Shown: positions 26,503-36,176 of the stretch, piece after piece
Layout: each line of letters begins with the position of its first letter
How positions within the stretch are numbered: the first letter of the stretch is position 1
Origin: Psychroflexus sp.
GTDB lineage: Bacteria > Bacteroidota > Bacteroidia > Flavobacteriales > Flavobacteriaceae
Assembly (NCBI GenBank): GCA_965656295.1
Contig: CBFHKB010000002.1
Location: forward strand, 5,992 to 69,991
DNA length: 64,000 nucleotides
Direction: 5' to 3'
Program-made: the position numbers and the translations under genes
Notes under the pieces: generated by a model
What the model saw: the letters and a program-made list of their open reading frames with translations, nothing else
The model's database searches: none
What the model was told of the DNA's origin: nothing

Positions 26503-28701
26503 ATGGAGTTAGAGCAATTTAACTACGATAATAAAATCGTAAGAAACTTCCTGTATGCCACAATAGTTTGGGGTGTCGTGGGAATGTCTGTTGGCCTACT
26601 TTTGGCCTTTCTCTTTTTATTTCCAGATTTAACCGACGGCATATCTTGGTTAAGTTTTGGTAGATTACGTCCACTGCATACCAATGCGGTTATTTTTGCC
26701 TTTGTAGGTAATGCTATTTTTGCAGGGGTTTATTACTCGACACAACGACTTCTTAAGGCAAGAATGTTTAGTGATTTTTTAAGTAAATTAAACTTTTGGG
26801 GATGGCAGCTTATTATAGTTGCTGCTGCAGTTACCTTGCCTTTAGGATTTTCTAGCTCTAAAGAATATGCTGAATTAGAATGGCCAATAGATATTGCTAT
26901 TGCAATTGTTTGGGTGGCTTTTGGATGGAACTTAATTGGAACTATGATCAAGCGTCGCCAACGTCACTTTTACGTGGCAATTTGGTTTTACGTGGCTACT
27001 TTTGTAACTGTTGCTGTACTTCATATTTTTAATAACTTAGAATTGCCAGTAAGTGCTTTTAAAAGTTATTCAGTTTATGCTGGTGTTCAAGATGCTTTGG
27101 TCCAATGGTGGTATGGCCATAATGCAGTAGCCTTTTTCTTAACGACACCATTCTTAGGATTGATGTATTACTTTGTACCTAAAGCAGCAAACCGACCAGT
27201 TTACTCGTATAAACTATCCATTATTCACTTTTGGTCTTTGATCTTTATTTACATCTGGGCAGGGCCACACCATTTATTGTATTCATCTTTACCAGATTGG
27301 GCTCAAAGTTTAGGGACTACGTTTTCAATTATGCTCCTGATGCCGTCTTGGGGTGGTATGATTAACGGTTTATTAACCTTAAGAGGTGCGTGGGATAAAG
27401 TTAGAACAGACCCTGTATTAAAATTTATGGTTGTTGCTATTACTGGTTATGGTATGGCAACTTTTGAGGGCCCAATGTTGTCCCTTAAAAATGTAAATGC
27501 AATTGCTCACTTTACCGACTGGATTATTGCTCACGTTCACGTTGGAGCGTTAGCATGGAACGGCTTTTTAACCTTTGGTATGATTTATTGGTTAGTGCCA
27601 CGTTTATTTAAAACTAAATTATTCTCAGTAGGCTTAGCTAACGCCCATTTTTGGGTAGGGACTTTAGGTATTGTTTTATATGCATTGCCAATGTATGTTT
27701 CTGGATTTGTTCAAGCTTCTATGTGGAAGCAATTTAATCCAGATGGAACTTTAGTTTACGGTAACTTTTTAGAAACAGTCACCGAAATAATACCAATGTA
27801 TTGGATGAGAGCTATTGGAGGTACCCTTTACATCCTTGGTATGATATTACTTATAGTTAACGTTTATAAGACTATTAGAGCCGGTTCTAAAGTTGAAGAT
27901 GAACTTGCTGAAGCTGCTCCACTTAAAAAAATATCTAAACGTAGAATTGTTGGTGAAACCTTCCATACATGGTTAGAGCGTAAGCCAGTTCAATTAGCTG
28001 TATTAGCGACTATTGCGATACTGATTGGTGGTATTGTACAAATAGTCCCAACCTTGTTAGTCGATTCTAATATTCCGACAATTACGAGCGTCAAACCTTA
28101 TACTCCATTAGAACTTGAAGGACGTGATCTCTACATTCGTGAAGGATGTGTGGGTTGTCACTCGCAAATGGTAAGACCTTTTAGAAGTGAGGTCGAGCGT
28201 TACGGTGAATACTCAAAAGCAGGGGAGTATGTTTATGATCACCCATTCTTATGGGGTAGTAAGCGTACAGGACCCGATTTACACCGACTTGGTCAAAAGT
28301 ACTCAGATAACTGGCACTTTAACCATATGTACGATCCACAAAGTACGTCGTCTGGTTCAATTATGCCAAGCTACCAATGGTTGATTAAAAATGAATTGGA
28401 CAAATCTAATACAGAAACTAAAATGGAAGCCTTGGTGAGTCTAGGAGTGCCATATTCTCAAGAAGAAATTGATAATGCGCAACAGCAAATGCTGGAGCAA
28501 GGAACTCAGATACAAGACAACCTTTATAATGATCCCGATTTTGTAAAGAGTTACGAGGCAGACCGTGCAAAAGCAAAAGCGCAAGGTGTAGAATTTGTTG
28601 AGATGAAGAATCGTGAAATCGTTGCCCTTATTGCTTACTTACAGCGTTTAGGAACCGATATAAAAGTAGATTCTACTCAAGAGGCATCAGCTTCTAACTA
28701 A
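26503..28701 (+). CDS. ccoN: cbb3-type cytochrome c oxidase, fused subunits I and II (CcoNO)
   Basis: Polytopic heme-copper oxidase core (HTNAV, WWYGHN, HHLLYS, AHVHVG) fused to a CcoO-like C-terminus with the heme c site CVGCHSQMVRPF. Confidence 0.95.
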   Translation: MELEQFNYDNKIVRNFLYATIVWGVVGMSVGLLLAFLFLFPDLTDGISWLSFGRLRPLHTNAVIFAFVGNAIFAGVYYSTQRLLKARMFSDFLSKLNFWGWQLIIVAAAVTLPLGFSSSKEYAELEWPIDIAIAIVWVAFGWNLIGTMIKRRQRHFYVAIWFYVATFVTVAVLHIFNNLELPVSAFKSYSVYAGVQDALVQWWYGHNAVAFFLTTPFLGLMYYFVPKAANRPVYSYKLSIIHFWSLIFIYIWAGPHHLLYSSLPDWAQSLGTTFSIMLLMPSWGGMINGLLTLRGAWDKVRTDPVLKFMVVAITGYGMATFEGPMLSLKNVNAIAHFTDWIIAHVHVGALAWNGFLTFGMIYWLVPRLFKTKLFSVGLANAHFWVGTLGIVLYALPMYVSGFVQASMWKQFNPDGTLVYGNFLETVTEIIPMYWMRAIGGTLYILGMILLIVNVYKTIRAGSKVEDELAEAAPLKKISKRRIVGETFHTWLERKPVQLAVLATIAILIGGIVQIVPTLLVDSNIPTITSVKPYTPLELEGRDLYIREGCVGCHSQMVRPFRSEVERYGEYSKAGEYVYDHPFLWGSKRTGPDLHRLGQKYSDNWHFNHMYDPQSTSSGSIMPSYQWLIKNELDKSNTETKMEALVSLGVPYSQEEIDNAQQQMLEQGTQIQDNLYNDPDFVKSYEADRAKAKAQGVEFVEMKNREIVALIAYLQRLGTDIKVDSTQEASASN

Positions 28702-28713
28702 AACCATAGAACT

Positions 28714-28899
28714 ATGTTGAAGTTTGTAAAAGAAAATTTAGAAACCATCAGCGGTATAGAGTTATACCCTATTATATCGCTGATCATCTTCTTCACCTTT
28801 TTTGTCCTATTATTTTGGTGGGTGATGACGTATAAGAAAACAAATATTAAAACATTAAGTGAACTTCCATTAGAGGAACAAAACGATAATCAACAATGA
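28714..28899 (+). CDS. ccoQ: CcoQ/FixQ-like small membrane subunit
   Basis: 61 aa with one TM helix, located between ccoNO and ccoP. The stop overlaps the ccoP ATG (ATGA). Confidence 0.6.
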   Translation: MLKFVKENLETISGIELYPIISLIIFFTFFVLLFWWVMTYKKTNIKTLSELPLEEQNDNQQ

Positions 28900-29783
28900 G
28901 AAATCTAGCATCATTTTTACGTATAATTGTTCTATTAAGTGTTGCGTTTATTGGCGTAGAATATTTAGTAGAGACCGAGCCAGGCCAGTGGGCTGTTGTA
29001 GAGCATCCTAATACCTGGGTGTTTTTAGGAATTGTCTTTCTTTTTTTAGTGGCAATAGAAGTTTCTATTTCAGCACTTCATAATACCCTATATCAAGCCT
29101 TAACTGAAGATAAAAAAGAACGATATCATGTTTTAGAAGCCGAACGCAAACAGGCTTTTGCCAAAAAATTTGATTGGCTATTAAAGGCTTTAACACGTTC
29201 TAAACCTATTGAAACTGAAGATGAAATCGAATTAGACCATAATTACGATGGAATTCGTGAATTAGATAATAAACTACCACCTTGGTGGGTGTATAGCTTT
29301 TACATTAGCATTGTATTTGCAGTAGTTTATTTAGCCCGTTTCCATATTTTCAACGATTATACTCAGGCTGAAGAATATGAAATGGAAGTAGCTCAAGCCA
29401 AAATTGAAATTGAGGAGTACAAAAAAACAGCTAAAGACTTAGTCGATTTTGAGACCGTGACTATGCTTACAGAAGCTTCAGACTTAGAAGCTGGTGAAGC
29501 TATTTATACGACAAACTGTGTGGCTTGTCATAAAGCTGATGGTGGCGGCGGTATTGGTCCTAATTTAACCGATAATCACTGGATTTTAGGAGGTGGTATC
29601 AAAAATGTGTTTAAAACCATTAGTGAAGGCGGCCGACCAGGTAAGGGAATGGTGTCTTGGAAAAATGACTTAAAGCCCTCAGAAATGCAGCAAGTCGCCA
29701 GTTACGTCATGAGTTTATATGGACAAACGCCAGCTGAGCCTAAAGAAGCTGAAGGCGATATTATTTGGGAACCAGAATCATAA
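28896..29783 (+). CDS. ccoP: cbb3-type cytochrome c oxidase subunit III (CcoP-like), single heme c site
   Basis: CcoP N-terminal domain motif YDGIRELDNKLPPWW and one CXXCH (CVACH). Confidence 0.85.
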   Translation: MRNLASFLRIIVLLSVAFIGVEYLVETEPGQWAVVEHPNTWVFLGIVFLFLVAIEVSISALHNTLYQALTEDKKERYHVLEAERKQAFAKKFDWLLKALTRSKPIETEDEIELDHNYDGIRELDNKLPPWWVYSFYISIVFAVVYLARFHIFNDYTQAEEYEMEVAQAKIEIEEYKKTAKDLVDFETVTMLTEASDLEAGEAIYTTNCVACHKADGGGGIGPNLTDNHWILGGGIKNVFKTISEGGRPGKGMVSWKNDLKPSEMQQVASYVMSLYGQTPAEPKEAEGDIIWEPES

Positions 29784-29792
29784 ACTAGCATC

Positions 29793-31220
29793 ATGAGCAA
29801 AGATAGCAGTAATAACGAAGCTTTTAGAGATAGTATAGGAACTATAAGTCAAGAAGGTAAAAGAGAGTGGGTTTACCCTAAAAAGCCTTCTGGTAAATTC
29901 TATGAGTACAGAAAGTGGGTAAGTTACGCGCTATTAATATTTTTATTCTCAGCCCCATTTATTAAGATTAACGGAAACCAGTTTTTATTACTCAATGTCT
30001 TAGAACGTAAGTTTAATATTTTTGGATTTCCATTTTGGCCACAGGATTTTTATTTGTTCGTGATCTCTATGATCATTGGTGTTGTTTTTATTGCTTTTTT
30101 TACCGTTGCTTTTGGCCGAATTTTTTGTGGATGGATTTGTCCTCAAACCATTTTTATGGAGATGGTCTTTAGACGCATAGAATATGCTATTGAAGGTGAT
30201 CGAAATATGCAAATTAAGCTCGATAAAATGCCTTGGAATAAGGAAAAGCTTTTCAAGAAAACATCAAAATGGTTTGTGTTCGCTATTATTTCTTTTCTGG
30301 TTGCTAATGTATTTTTAGCCTATTTAATAAGTAGTGACGAGCTCATCAAATATATAACTGAAGGTCCAGCTCAACACTTAGGAACTTTTATTCCACTGCT
30401 CATTTTTACAGCTGTATTTTATTTTATTTTTGCTTGGTTTAGAGAACAAGTGTGTGTAATTGCTTGTCCTTACGGGCGTTTGCAGGGTGCTTTATTAGAT
30501 AATAAATCAGTGGTGGTAGCCTACGATCACATAAGAGGTGAAGCGGAGAATGGGCGTAAAAAGTTTCGTAAGAATGAAGATCGAGAAGCTCTTGGACATG
30601 GCGATTGTATTGATTGTAACCAGTGTGTCACTATTTGTCCTACAGGAATTGACATCCGAAATGGAACACAACTTGAATGTGTAAACTGTACCGCCTGTAT
30701 AGATGCTTGCGATTTAGTCATGGAACGGGTTAATATGCCTAAAGGTCTAATTCGGTATGCTAGTGAAGATAATATTGAAAAGAAAAAGTCATTTGAATTT
30801 ACACCTCGAATGAAAGCCTATTCAGGAGTATTAACCATACTTATTGGATTATTAGTAGGCTTATTATTTTTAAGATCCAGTGTAGAGGCAAAAGTACTTC
30901 GGTTACCAGGTCAATTATATGAGACTAAAGATAACGGTTTAATAAGTAATGTATTCACGTATAAACTTATTAATAAAACCACTAAAAATATGGATAGTAT
31001 TCATTTTAAACTGCTATCACACAAAGGAGAAGTTAAACTTGTTAAAGGGGATTATTTTACAGTACCAGAACAAGGCTTATCCAAAGGAACATTATTTATA
31101 GAAATTAACCCGGCTCTATTAACCGAAGATAAAAATGACCTTGAAATCGGGGTTTACAGTAATGGTAAACTTATCGATAAAACTCATGCTAATTTCATGG
31201 GACCACGGACATTTGATTAA
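29793..31220 (+). CDS. ccoG: cytochrome c oxidase accessory protein CcoG (4Fe-4S ferredoxin-type membrane protein)
   Basis: Cys clusters CGWICPQ, CPYGRLQ, CIDCNQCVTICP and CVNCTACIDACD, plus TM helices. Confidence 0.9.
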   Translation: MSKDSSNNEAFRDSIGTISQEGKREWVYPKKPSGKFYEYRKWVSYALLIFLFSAPFIKINGNQFLLLNVLERKFNIFGFPFWPQDFYLFVISMIIGVVFIAFFTVAFGRIFCGWICPQTIFMEMVFRRIEYAIEGDRNMQIKLDKMPWNKEKLFKKTSKWFVFAIISFLVANVFLAYLISSDELIKYITEGPAQHLGTFIPLLIFTAVFYFIFAWFREQVCVIACPYGRLQGALLDNKSVVVAYDHIRGEAENGRKKFRKNEDREALGHGDCIDCNQCVTICPTGIDIRNGTQLECVNCTACIDACDLVMERVNMPKGLIRYASEDNIEKKKSFEFTPRMKAYSGVLTILIGLLVGLLFLRSSVEAKVLRLPGQLYETKDNGLISNVFTYKLINKTTKNMDSIHFKLLSHKGEVKLVKGDYFTVPEQGLSKGTLFIEINPALLTEDKNDLEIGVYSNGKLIDKTHANFMGPRTFD

Positions 31221-31240
31221 CTAAAATTTCAAAATATAAT

Positions 31241-31272
31241 AAAAGCCTTCTAACATGTTTGAAGGCTTTTTT
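31241..31272 (+). terminator. rho-independent terminator after ccoG
   Basis: AAAAGCCTTC-(10 nt loop)-GAAGGCTTTT followed by further T residues. Confidence 0.75.
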
Positions 31273-31353
31273 GTTGCCTGAAGTATGATGATTGTCATAT
31301 ATAATTCAGCTTCATATGCCGAAATTTGTATCACAAATGTAAACTTCTGTATT

Positions 31354-31800
31354 ATGAAACTTAATTGGGGAAAATCCATTGTCTTAGCCTTTATTTTGTT
31401 TATTAGCTTTATCATGTTTTTCGTGGTTAATATGTTAACGGATGATAAGTATGACCATGATCTAGTTGTTGAATCATACTACAAGAAAAACTTAACCTTA
31501 CAAAAAGATATTGATGATTCCAAAAAAGCACTCGCCTTGGAGCATAAAGTTGAAATTAATCTTAAAAACCAAGATTTAGAAATTTTATTTCCAACTGAAT
31601 TTGATCCAGAAGGGATCAAAGGAGAATTATTTATGTATAGGCCATCAGATAAAACCCTAGATTTTACAGTAGATGTTAAATTGAAATCACAGCGCTTAGT
31701 ATTGCCAGACCAATACTTCAACTCTGGCCGATGGGATGCTATCCTTAAATTCACCTATAAAGGTGAAGATTATATGGTCACCAAAAAATTTAATAAATAA
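31354..31800 (+). CDS. FixH family protein
   Basis: About 148 aa with an N-terminal TM helix (MKLNWGKSIVLAFILFISF), positioned after ccoG. Start set at the ATG at 31354, downstream of the ccoG terminator. Confidence 0.7.
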   Translation: MKLNWGKSIVLAFILFISFIMFFVVNMLTDDKYDHDLVVESYYKKNLTLQKDIDDSKKALALEHKVEINLKNQDLEILFPTEFDPEGIKGELFMYRPSDKTLDFTVDVKLKSQRLVLPDQYFNSGRWDAILKFTYKGEDYMVTKKFNK

Positions 31801-32501
31801 TGCTTTGGTCCGCTTTCATACTTGGGTTTTTAGGAAGTTTACATTGTATAGGTATGTGCGGGCCAATAGCATTAATGTTACCCGTTTCTAGAAATCAACC
31901 CATTAAAAAATCGTTACAAATTGCACTTTATAATATAGGCCGTATTTTAACCTATGTTCTTATAGGCTTGGTTTTTGGTTTACTAGGTGAGAGTGTAGCT
32001 ACTTTTGGATTTCAACAACAGCTTTCCATAATTATTGGAGCAATTTTGCTGTTATCAGTAATCTTACCCCAAAAACAACTCCGGAAATTTAAAGTATCTA
32101 AACCATTTTATAAAGTCGTTACAAAAGTTAAGGCTGAAATGGGCGCAAGTTTTAAAAAGAAAAGTTTGGATACATTTTTCTATTTAGGATTTTTGAATGG
32201 CTTCTTGCCCTGCGGTTTAGTCTACATGGCTGTATTTGCTTCAATAGCAACTGCAGACTTAGGTTTTAGTGCGTTATATATGGGTTTATTTGGTTTAGGA
32301 ACCGTCCCAATGATGGCTGGTGTGATTTACGCAAAAGATTTTGCCCAAAATGTTTTAAAGTTAAACCTTCGTCAAATTATTCCTTACGCAGTTGCCCTTA
32401 TAGGTATTCTTTTTATTTTAAGGGGACTTGGTTTAGGTATACCTTATATATCTCCAAAACCAATGACTGAAAAAGTCACTGCAACAATGTCTTGTCATTA
32501 A
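31800..32501 (+). CDS. DsbD_2 / TauE-SafE-like polytopic membrane protein with Cys motifs
   Basis: LHCIGMCGP near the N-terminus, LPCGLVY mid-protein, and a C-terminal MSCH. The ATG overlaps the fixH stop (TAATG). Confidence 0.7.
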   Translation: MLWSAFILGFLGSLHCIGMCGPIALMLPVSRNQPIKKSLQIALYNIGRILTYVLIGLVFGLLGESVATFGFQQQLSIIIGAILLLSVILPQKQLRKFKVSKPFYKVVTKVKAEMGASFKKKSLDTFFYLGFLNGFLPCGLVYMAVFASIATADLGFSALYMGLFGLGTVPMMAGVIYAKDFAQNVLKLNLRQIIPYAVALIGILFILRGLGLGIPYISPKPMTEKVTATMSCH

Positions 32502-32518
32502 ATTAATAGTTATTATTT

Positions 32519-33787
32519 ATGAAATATACTGATAAAAAAATTGCTGTTTCTCTTGTAAACAGCGGTGATCGCGTTTTTTTCCAAGGTGCCGCTATGACAC
32601 CTAAAATTTTAATAGATGCACTTTGCGACCGCTATGAAGAACTTGAAGATGTTGAAATTGCACAATTACATACCGAAGGTACAGCAAAATACACACAAGA
32701 ACCTTTTTCAAATGCTTTTAAAGTGAACAGTTTTTTTGTTGGCGGTAATGTACGAAATGCAATTAATTCAACACATGGCGATTACATTCCTATTTTTTTA
32801 AGTGAAATTTCTCAATTATTCAAGCTTGATATTTTACCACTTGATGTTGCCTTTATACAAGTCTCTCCACCCGATAAACATGGGTATTGCTCGTTGGGAA
32901 CTTCAGTAGATGTGACACTTTCGGCCATTGAAAAGGCTAAACGTATTATTGCTCAAGTTAATCCTCAAGTGCCAAGATCTCATGGTGATGGGATAGTTCA
33001 TATCGATCAAATTGACGCAGCAATTGAGGTCGATGCGCCAATTTTTGCGCATGAAGCTATTACACCTACCGAAGTTGAACAAAAAATAGGACAACATGTC
33101 GCTCAATTAGTTGAAGATGGGGCTACCTTACAAATGGGAATTGGAGCGATACCTAATGCCGTTTTATCTAATTTATCTCATCATAAAGGTTTAGGAATTC
33201 ATACTGAAATGTTTTCTGATGGAATTTTACCATTAGTTGAAAAAGGAGTGATTACGGGAGAGCATAAAGTGGTTAAGCCTGGGAAAATAGTCACTTGTTT
33301 CGCTATGGGTTCACAAAAACTTTATGATTATATTGATGAAAACCCATTTGTGCATTTTAAAGAGGCTTCTTATACGAACGACACAGCTTTGATTAGAAGA
33401 AACCCCAAAGTAACAGCTATTAATTCTGCCATTGAAATTGATCTGACTGGTCAAGTTTGTGCTGATACTATTGGTAAACGACAGTATTCTGGTGTTGGTG
33501 GCCAAATGGACTTTATTCGTGGTGCATCACTATCTAAAGGAGGGAAAGCTATTATTGCGATGCCTTCGGCAACAGCAAAAGGATTAACCAAGATTGTCCC
33601 ATTTTTAAACCAAGGTGCAGGCGTTACAACTACCCGAGCTCACGTTCATTATGTAGTCACCGAAAATGGTGTGGTTAACTTGTATGGCAAAAACTTAAAA
33701 CAACGAGCTAAAGCATTAATTTCAATAGCTCATCCAAACTATCAGGAAGACCTGACAAAAGCGATGTTTGAGCGTTTTGGCAAGTAA
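32519..33787 (+). CDS. acetyl-CoA hydrolase/transferase family protein (4-hydroxybutyrate/succinyl-CoA:acetate CoA-transferase-like)
   Basis: Family-typical length of 422 aa with motifs LQMGIGAIPNAV, HTEMFSDG and GVGGQMDF. Confidence 0.85.
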   Translation: MKYTDKKIAVSLVNSGDRVFFQGAAMTPKILIDALCDRYEELEDVEIAQLHTEGTAKYTQEPFSNAFKVNSFFVGGNVRNAINSTHGDYIPIFLSEISQLFKLDILPLDVAFIQVSPPDKHGYCSLGTSVDVTLSAIEKAKRIIAQVNPQVPRSHGDGIVHIDQIDAAIEVDAPIFAHEAITPTEVEQKIGQHVAQLVEDGATLQMGIGAIPNAVLSNLSHHKGLGIHTEMFSDGILPLVEKGVITGEHKVVKPGKIVTCFAMGSQKLYDYIDENPFVHFKEASYTNDTALIRRNPKVTAINSAIEIDLTGQVCADTIGKRQYSGVGGQMDFIRGASLSKGGKAIIAMPSATAKGLTKIVPFLNQGAGVTTTRAHVHYVVTENGVVNLYGKNLKQRAKALISIAHPNYQEDLTKAMFERFGK

Positions 33788-33815
33788 TTTGTACAACCAT
33801 CTAAAAAAATGAATT

Positions 33816-34115
33816 ATGAGTGCAAAATTTAATGAATTAATCCAGAGTGAAACCCCTGTACTAATTGACTTTTTTGCCGATTGGTGTGGCCCTTGTAAAA
33901 TGCTAGCTCCTATTTTACAGGACGTTAAAGCAGAATTAGGTGATGAAGTGAAAATAGTGAAAATAGATGTTGATAAAAATCAACAACTAGCTTCGCAATA
34001 TCAAGTTAGGGGAGTGCCAACAATGATGCTATTTAAAAATGGTGAACAACTATGGCGTCAAAGCGGAGTGTTACAAAAAGAAGAGTTAGTTAACACTATC
34101 AAATCGAAATCATAA
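33816..34115 (+). CDS. trxA: thioredoxin
   Basis: WCGPC active site, 99 aa. Confidence 0.95.
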   Translation: MSAKFNELIQSETPVLIDFFADWCGPCKMLAPILQDVKAELGDEVKIVKIDVDKNQQLASQYQVRGVPTMMLFKNGEQLWRQSGVLQKEELVNTIKSKS

Positions 34116-34131
34116 CAACTTGTTACAAATA

Positions 34132-34806
34132 TTAATTATTAAGAGGCCTTGGGTAATAACTCAAGGCTTCAGATTTTATAACTAACATTAAATTTAAAGT
34201 ATAAAATTGATTTTGGTTAACAAAGTCATTGTACTGAGTTGAGGTCCTAACACGGTCAGATAAATTATAATTATAGTCAATTCCCAAGCCGACCCCGATG
34301 TTTTCTTTCTTGTTAAAAAAATATTGGATAAACATACCACCAGTTAAGCCATTAAAATTCAACTTGTAGTCATTAGTGTCTGTATTTTTTCTGTTTTTTA
34401 CAGTCGATAAACTATAACCTAAGCTAGTTCTTAATTCAAGTTTATTGGCTAATCTTAATTTATAAAGCCCAAAGAACGCATGCGTAGAAATTCGTGCTGA
34501 ATAAAAACGATTACCTAGAATATTTGGTTTCGCGAGATCTAGCTCAGATCGCTTTAAATGAAATCCAAAGCCTAAATTTTTGTACATGTATAGGTTAAAG
34601 CCTAGGTTAAAACCTAAGTCATTTGCATTATAGGCTTCATGTATGAAATTATCTCCTATACTTTCAAAAATGCCTGTTCCTAATAAAAACTCATAATGAA
34701 ATAACGAATCATTGTCAACTGCTTTTCTGGGTGTATTTAACTTTTGACTATAACTAAATGAAGTAGTGATCACAAAAACTATCGCAATGAGTCCCGAATG
34801 ATACAT
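34132..34806 (-). CDS. small outer-membrane beta-barrel protein, unknown function
   Basis: Signal peptide, alternating hydrophobic beta-strand pattern, and an aromatic-rich C-terminal strand region (FYTLNLMLVIK). Confidence 0.55.
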   Translation of the reverse strand: MYHSGLIAIVFVITTSFSYSQKLNTPRKAVDNDSLFHYEFLLGTGIFESIGDNFIHEAYNANDLGFNLGFNLYMYKNLGFGFHLKRSELDLAKPNILGNRFYSARISTHAFFGLYKLRLANKLELRTSLGYSLSTVKNRKNTDTNDYKLNFNGLTGGMFIQYFFNKKENIGVGLGIDYNYNLSDRVRTSTQYNDFVNQNQFYTLNLMLVIKSEALSYYPRPLNN

Positions 34807-35228
34807 TAATTAAGTTTTTTGACACTTTGGTTGATATACTTAAACTCAAACTGATCTGCTTTATATGGCCTTATAATAATTGGTGTTAAAATCACCTCAC
34901 CATCAACTTCAATTTGAAATAGGTAGTCTTCATTATTCTTGATGTACAAAAGTGAATTAGTGGTGTTTTTAGGATGAAAAATACTAAATGCGCCATTTTT
35001 ATCTGAAGTTGCTTCTACGCCAAGATCATCAGAGCTATTGAAAAATTCTATCGAATCGTAAGTTTCAATATCGGTATTTGTTAAACCAAGTATAACATTA
35101 GTTGCCGGCTGATTGTTTTCTAAAATTAAATTACCCTCGTAAACTGACACTGTATTATCAATATCAACAACAGCTGGGCAGCTGGTTAAATTTAGAATAA
35201 CTATACTACTAAAGATTTTTTTAAACAT
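34806..35228 (-). CDS. lipoprotein, unknown function (possible carboxypeptidase-regulatory-like beta-sandwich)
   Basis: Lipobox-like LNLTSC. The pattern VYEGNLILENNQPATNVILGL..TSDKNGAFSI resembles CarboxypepD_reg-type domains. Overlaps the downstream gene by 1 nt. Confidence 0.5.
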   Translation of the reverse strand: MFKKIFSSIVILNLTSCPAVVDIDNTVSVYEGNLILENNQPATNVILGLTNTDIETYDSIEFFNSSDDLGVEATSDKNGAFSIFHPKNTTNSLLYIKNNEDYLFQIEVDGEVILTPIIIRPYKADQFEFKYINQSVKKLN

Positions 35229-35259
35229 AAAAAAAGGTGTAATGAGTTAATTACACCTT
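35229..35259 (-). terminator. rho-independent terminator after the usp gene
   Basis: AAGGTGTAAT-GAGTTA-ATTACACCTT stem with T7 on the minus strand, abutting the next start codon. Confidence 0.7.
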
Positions 35260-35308
35260 GAAAATAGTTATTTAATTGTTTTTGTTATAGTATTCGCAAA
35301 TTATTTGT

Positions 35309-36142
35309 TTAAATTTTAAATGTAATAACAGGTAAATTAGCATGATTTACGACATCTTCACCTATGCTACCATTAAAGAAATGGGATAAACCTTTACGTC
35401 CATGAGTTGGCATAGCAATAAGTTCGGCATTTTCAGCTTTAGCTGAATTTAGAACGCCTTGCTCAATGGTATAGTCGTTATAGATTATCACATGATCATG
35501 GTCTAAAGGTACTTCAACTTTATTTAAGAAGTTACGCATATGGTTATTAACCTCGGTGGTGCTATAAAATTGATTTCCTGGAAGGTTTACGTACACCAAC
35601 TTTAATTTAGCGCCAAAACTATCGGCAAATAATTTAGCTTTATTGTAAGCCTTAACATTTTCAAGTTCAAAATCGGTGGCAAAGAGAACGGTTTTAAAGT
35701 CTACATTTTCAAGATCGTGATTAACCACTAAAACAGGAACATTAGAGTGTCTTACCACTTTTTCTGTATTTGATCCAATAAGTACTTCTTCGAGGCCACT
35801 AACACCATTAGAGCCCATGATAATCAAGTCAATATTTTGATCTTCGACAGCTTCTTTAATTCCAAATGTGGCAGAACCAACTTCAACTAAATCGTTGGTT
35901 TCTACAGATTTTAAAAAGTCTTTATCTAAAAATTCGCTAAATTTCTTTTTAGCTAATTTCATAAAAAAGATAATTTGTTCATCATTAACGTTAAATTGTT
36001 CAGCTCCAAATAAAGATTCGGCTAACTCAATGACATGCAAGACATGAATTTTGGCGTTATTCTTTTTAGCTAATTTTGCAGCTACTCTTAGGGCGTTTTC
36101 TGAAGGTTTAGAAAAGTCTACAGGGACTAAAATGTTTTTCAT
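35309..36142 (-). CDS. universal stress protein, tandem UspA domains
   Basis: Two repeats of the Usp pattern (ILVPVDFS..., ...MGSNGVSGL / MPTHGRKGL ...VVNH.N.PVL). Confidence 0.85.
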   Translation of the reverse strand: MKNILVPVDFSKPSENALRVAAKLAKKNNAKIHVLHVIELAESLFGAEQFNVNDEQIIFFMKLAKKKFSEFLDKDFLKSVETNDLVEVGSATFGIKEAVEDQNIDLIIMGSNGVSGLEEVLIGSNTEKVVRHSNVPVLVVNHDLENVDFKTVLFATDFELENVKAYNKAKLFADSFGAKLKLVYVNLPGNQFYSTTEVNNHMRNFLNKVEVPLDHDHVIIYNDYTIEQGVLNSAKAENAELIAMPTHGRKGLSHFFNGSIGEDVVNHANLPVITFKI

Positions 36143-36176
36143 TGTATTTGGTTTTTTAGGTTGATAATCAATTTAA

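Noticed and set aside
36161-36171. TTGATAATCAA palindrome between the hemN stop and the usp start, which looks like FNR half-sites.
   Set aside because: The half-sites are spaced by 1 nt instead of the 4 nt of an FNR box. It may still be an operator, but I cannot support that from the sequence alone.
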